Shown here piece after piece: positions 59,254 through 64,000 of a stretch of 64,000 nucleotides of DNA. Source of the stretch: Azolla caroliniana (lineage: Eukaryota; Plantae; Polypodiophyta); contig JBHGNT010000003.1 of NCBI GenBank assembly GCA_043228905.1, positions 8,370,001 through 8,434,000 of the forward strand, written 5' to 3'. The position numbers and the translations under genes were made by a program. Every line of letters starts with the position of its first letter. The first letter of the stretch is position 1. The notes under the pieces were generated by a model. That model made no database searches, had not been told where the DNA came from, and saw nothing but the letters and a program-made list of their open reading frames with translations.

Positions 59254-60453
59254 CCTAACTACATCTGACATGTTTGAGCAAATAAAAATGGAGACAATGT
59301 CCCTAATTACATTGAGAGATGAGTAAGAAAGAGGGGGGAATGGGAAGTTCTCCATAATGCTCTAAGAAACAACCTTCACAAATCAATGCATAATAAACTT
59401 ATATCTCTATTGTTCATGAGTGTCAATATTAAATAAGATGTTCAATAAATAGCTCACATAAAAACAACCTAGAGAGCCATTTGAACTCCCCTCAAGCAAT
59501 TTATAATGCAACTCACCTAGGTATCCATCACAACTTGTGTGAAAAGTTCAAACACCAAACGAATGAGTATGCAAAGAGAAGAACCACTTCCAAATAGAGT
59601 TGTTTCCAAGAGCAAACTAGTCGGAATAAAGAAGCATTTAACATAGAAAATGCCAAAATCCAAAGATTAGATGATGCATTGATTTAATCCCATCTAACCA
59701 TTGCAAATAGAAACATAGATATCCATCTTCTTTATTAGAATTGTGAACAACTTGCACAGTCATCCAAATGGAGATAAACAAGTGGATGGGCTATACATCA
59801 AACAAGAGGATTATAGTGTCTTAGTTACAAAGCCAATTAGCACAAAAAACGCCATATAACAACCAAAGTAGTTCTTGATGAAAGAAAAGCACAATCATAA
59901 CTCGCAATTGAAGACTAGACAATATGTAAAACAAAGTCTCCAAGAGAAAAACCACCTCAAAGACCTCCTAACTATTAAAGATCAACAATTACATGAATGT
60001 CATAAGTTAGTAGAGAGACTCATGGGCGACATTAGTAATTTAATGAATGGAAAAAGTATACAACCCAAGAAATGCTCCTTCCATATTGTCAAGGTGAATC
60101 ATGATGTACCTGGATACAATATTGGAAATAAATAGAGTTTCTTCACAAGACTTGTACCATCATAGGCCTTAAACCATGTACTTCATGCAAACATGTGACA
60201 TTTTTGTGATTTTTTTTACTTTGTTGTTCTTTGTTTTAAGTATTATGAAGTGTGGTTAAGTCATATAGTATCTTGTGGCAGGTGTTCATCATGTGAATAT
60301 GTGATTAGAAGAGAGTGTAGAGTTTTACTAGTTAGTGTATGTATGTGTTGCATGTAGCTTTCATGTAGTTGAGAACTACACTTGTTTGTCTCACCCAAAA
60401 TAGGGTAGAAGGTGGAGCGAATCACGAATTTTGAGATGGGTTCATGGCCATAC

Positions 60454-61336
60454 TGTCCGATAGAGTAAAACTGACTGATTATCTTGCATTGTGGGATTTG
60501 ACGATGGAACAATCGAAGGAAGCCCCCGTCTGTAGTTGTTCAAAAGTCGGAAATGCGGCCACGTCGTGTTGCGAATACCACCTCACTACCCGGCCATCCA
60601 AGGATAACCCGAACTCTACTATTTTCGACGCGTTGGTGTCGGTTGGCCTCCGCTAGTCGTTGCGACACGTGGTTGGCTTGCCAAGTGGTGAGGAATGACC
60701 TCACATGGACCTCTACATCGGCTTCATGTCGGAGTCGTATATATTGATAATGTCGGGTGCGTGGTCCGAAGTGAGCGATGTGTGGTTACCACTGTGGTCG
60801 GCCTCCGAACTACTGCCGCTGGTAGTTCCGGTGACTTGTTGGGCTGGTGATAGGACTTCCTGTCCTATGAAGCTTTGCTCAGTGAGCATGGACTTGACCA
60901 CACTGTCTTCGTGGTCTGATAAGGGAACGTCTCTTCGCGACTATTCCAATGCAAGCTCGACCGCGCACCGGGATTCCGCCCAAGTTTGAGGTTTGCCTCG
61001 TCGCGATGTCTCTTTGCTGTCTAGCCGCCTCGTCGGCTAGACGACATCCATTCCCCGATGTTCTTCTGTGTACTCACCGATCGACCAAGCGTGCCAAAAG
61101 TGTTATCGGCTCAAGGTAACACGGTGTTGAATATCCGGTCCTTTGTATACTCCTCAACTCAAGGTCTTGTGTTTGGGGAATGGGCTGCGCCGCTTCGAAT
61201 CGTTCGATAGACCCCGAACGATAAGGACTTCACATGTGGATTGAACAGAACGTGACTATGCGACTGTGGAGAAGAATATGAGCCGGCTACAACCGACTAG
61301 TTATGTGAACGTTATACAGAATGTCGAGACTCAACA
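60454..61336. mobile_element. Probable solo LTR (883 bp), TSD CATAC/CATAT, inserted in a decayed gag-like fragment
   Basis: TGTCC...TCAACA, GC-richer than flanks, 5-bp near-TSD. Confidence 0.55.
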
Positions 61337-62282
61337 CATATCAATTACGACACAATATAGTACTCAAGAGTATCAAGCAAACAGGATTCTATTAAAAGAC
61401 ACCCAATGATACAATATTGTTCGACGCCTTTTACAAGCTTCCCATGACCCCTTTTATAGGTGTCATGGACGGTTACAAACAAAGCGTGAACCATTACTAC
61501 GATTAAAACATTTACTACTTTTTGCTTCTTTATTGCTACGCTTGGCCCCATTCATTTTTAATTCGGCCCGTTAACCGTTTTCCACCCCTTTCCCACTTGG
61601 TTGTTTGAACTGGCCAACAATTCCACTCTTTGGTTTAGACCACTTTTAACATCTTTTTAACAACAAAGGACCAAGTTTTATTCATTATATCTTAACACTT
61701 GGTCTTTTCAACAATAAAGGACCAACTTTTATATTACATTATTTTCATTATATTTTAACACTTGATCGTTTTACTGCAAAGGAATGAATAAGAATTTTGC
61801 ATTTTAATTATTAATCAATATTCAAGAAGCAATATTATTAGATTTTATTCTAAGATAATGTCAGTTTCATTTTATGTGTAGTTTGATTGCGTTGGGTTGT
61901 AATGAAGAGATGCTATCATTGCTTGGGGTCTCTTTGATCTTTTTTTTCCATTGTAACAGAATCTCACGACGTAGTCATTTTCAATATGCACCACATGCTG
62001 CAACTCAACCTTTGGCCAATCTTATTGCCATCTTTGAAGTTCACATAGAAGCTCTATACATTATGTACTGTTTAAAGAACTTGTTGGATTGCTTATTGAT
62101 TCTCAGAAAAAAACCTTCATGGTTCATTTGGATTGGCATGACACCATCCTGCATGTTGCCCTCAATTTGATCATAGTCAGTAAAATAAAAACAAAAAACC
62201 AATTCCAAATACCATGTTAATCCATCTTACATGTACTCCATGGTTTATTTGGAATTGGATCGGCCACACGTTTTGGTAATGT

Positions 62283-63998
<1,716 letters not shown>

Positions 63999-64000
63999 CT

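Noticed and set aside
59260-60180. Coiled-coil-like degenerate reading frames
   Set aside because: Many stops and no recognisable domain; cannot be assigned without a search.

Overview
Plant nuclear DNA. A seed-free land plant such as a fern is my inference from the TE lineages. The left ~35.6 kb is a nest of LTR retrotransposons at least six layers deep, reconstructed from LTR ends, PBS/PPT, TSDs and re-joined host reading frames. The outermost Tnt1-like Copia (CopA, 4790-5883 + 30851-33179) is split by a 25-kb insert: a minus-strand Gypsy (5884-30850, TSD ACGT). That insert carries a Copia (8632-30513, TSD CTATC), which carries a Tcn1/Sushi-like chromovirus and a gag-only Gypsy. The gag-only Gypsy carries another Copia, which in turn holds a solo LTR and a near-intact 6984-bp Gypsy (15889-22872). 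The most striking pattern is a tRNA-Trp-primed, non-chromovirus Gypsy lineage ('GypW', termini TGTCG...CGACA). It makes 4-bp TSDs centred on CpG (ACGT, CCGG, ACGG/ATGG, plus one-sided CCGT, ACGG and a possibly decayed ACAG) and has a covarying U5-leader stem around the PBS. The right ~28 kb is genic. It holds two tandem mitochondrial ADP/ATP carriers (one divergent), a DNL-zinc-finger HEP1/Zim17-like gene, a 105-aa two-TM protein flanked by inverted LINE fragments, and the 3' part of a CDPK with a duplicated last splice acceptor. There are also solo LTRs and many tandem repeats, and a hAT-type MITE lies in the last Copia fragment. All coordinates were read by eye.
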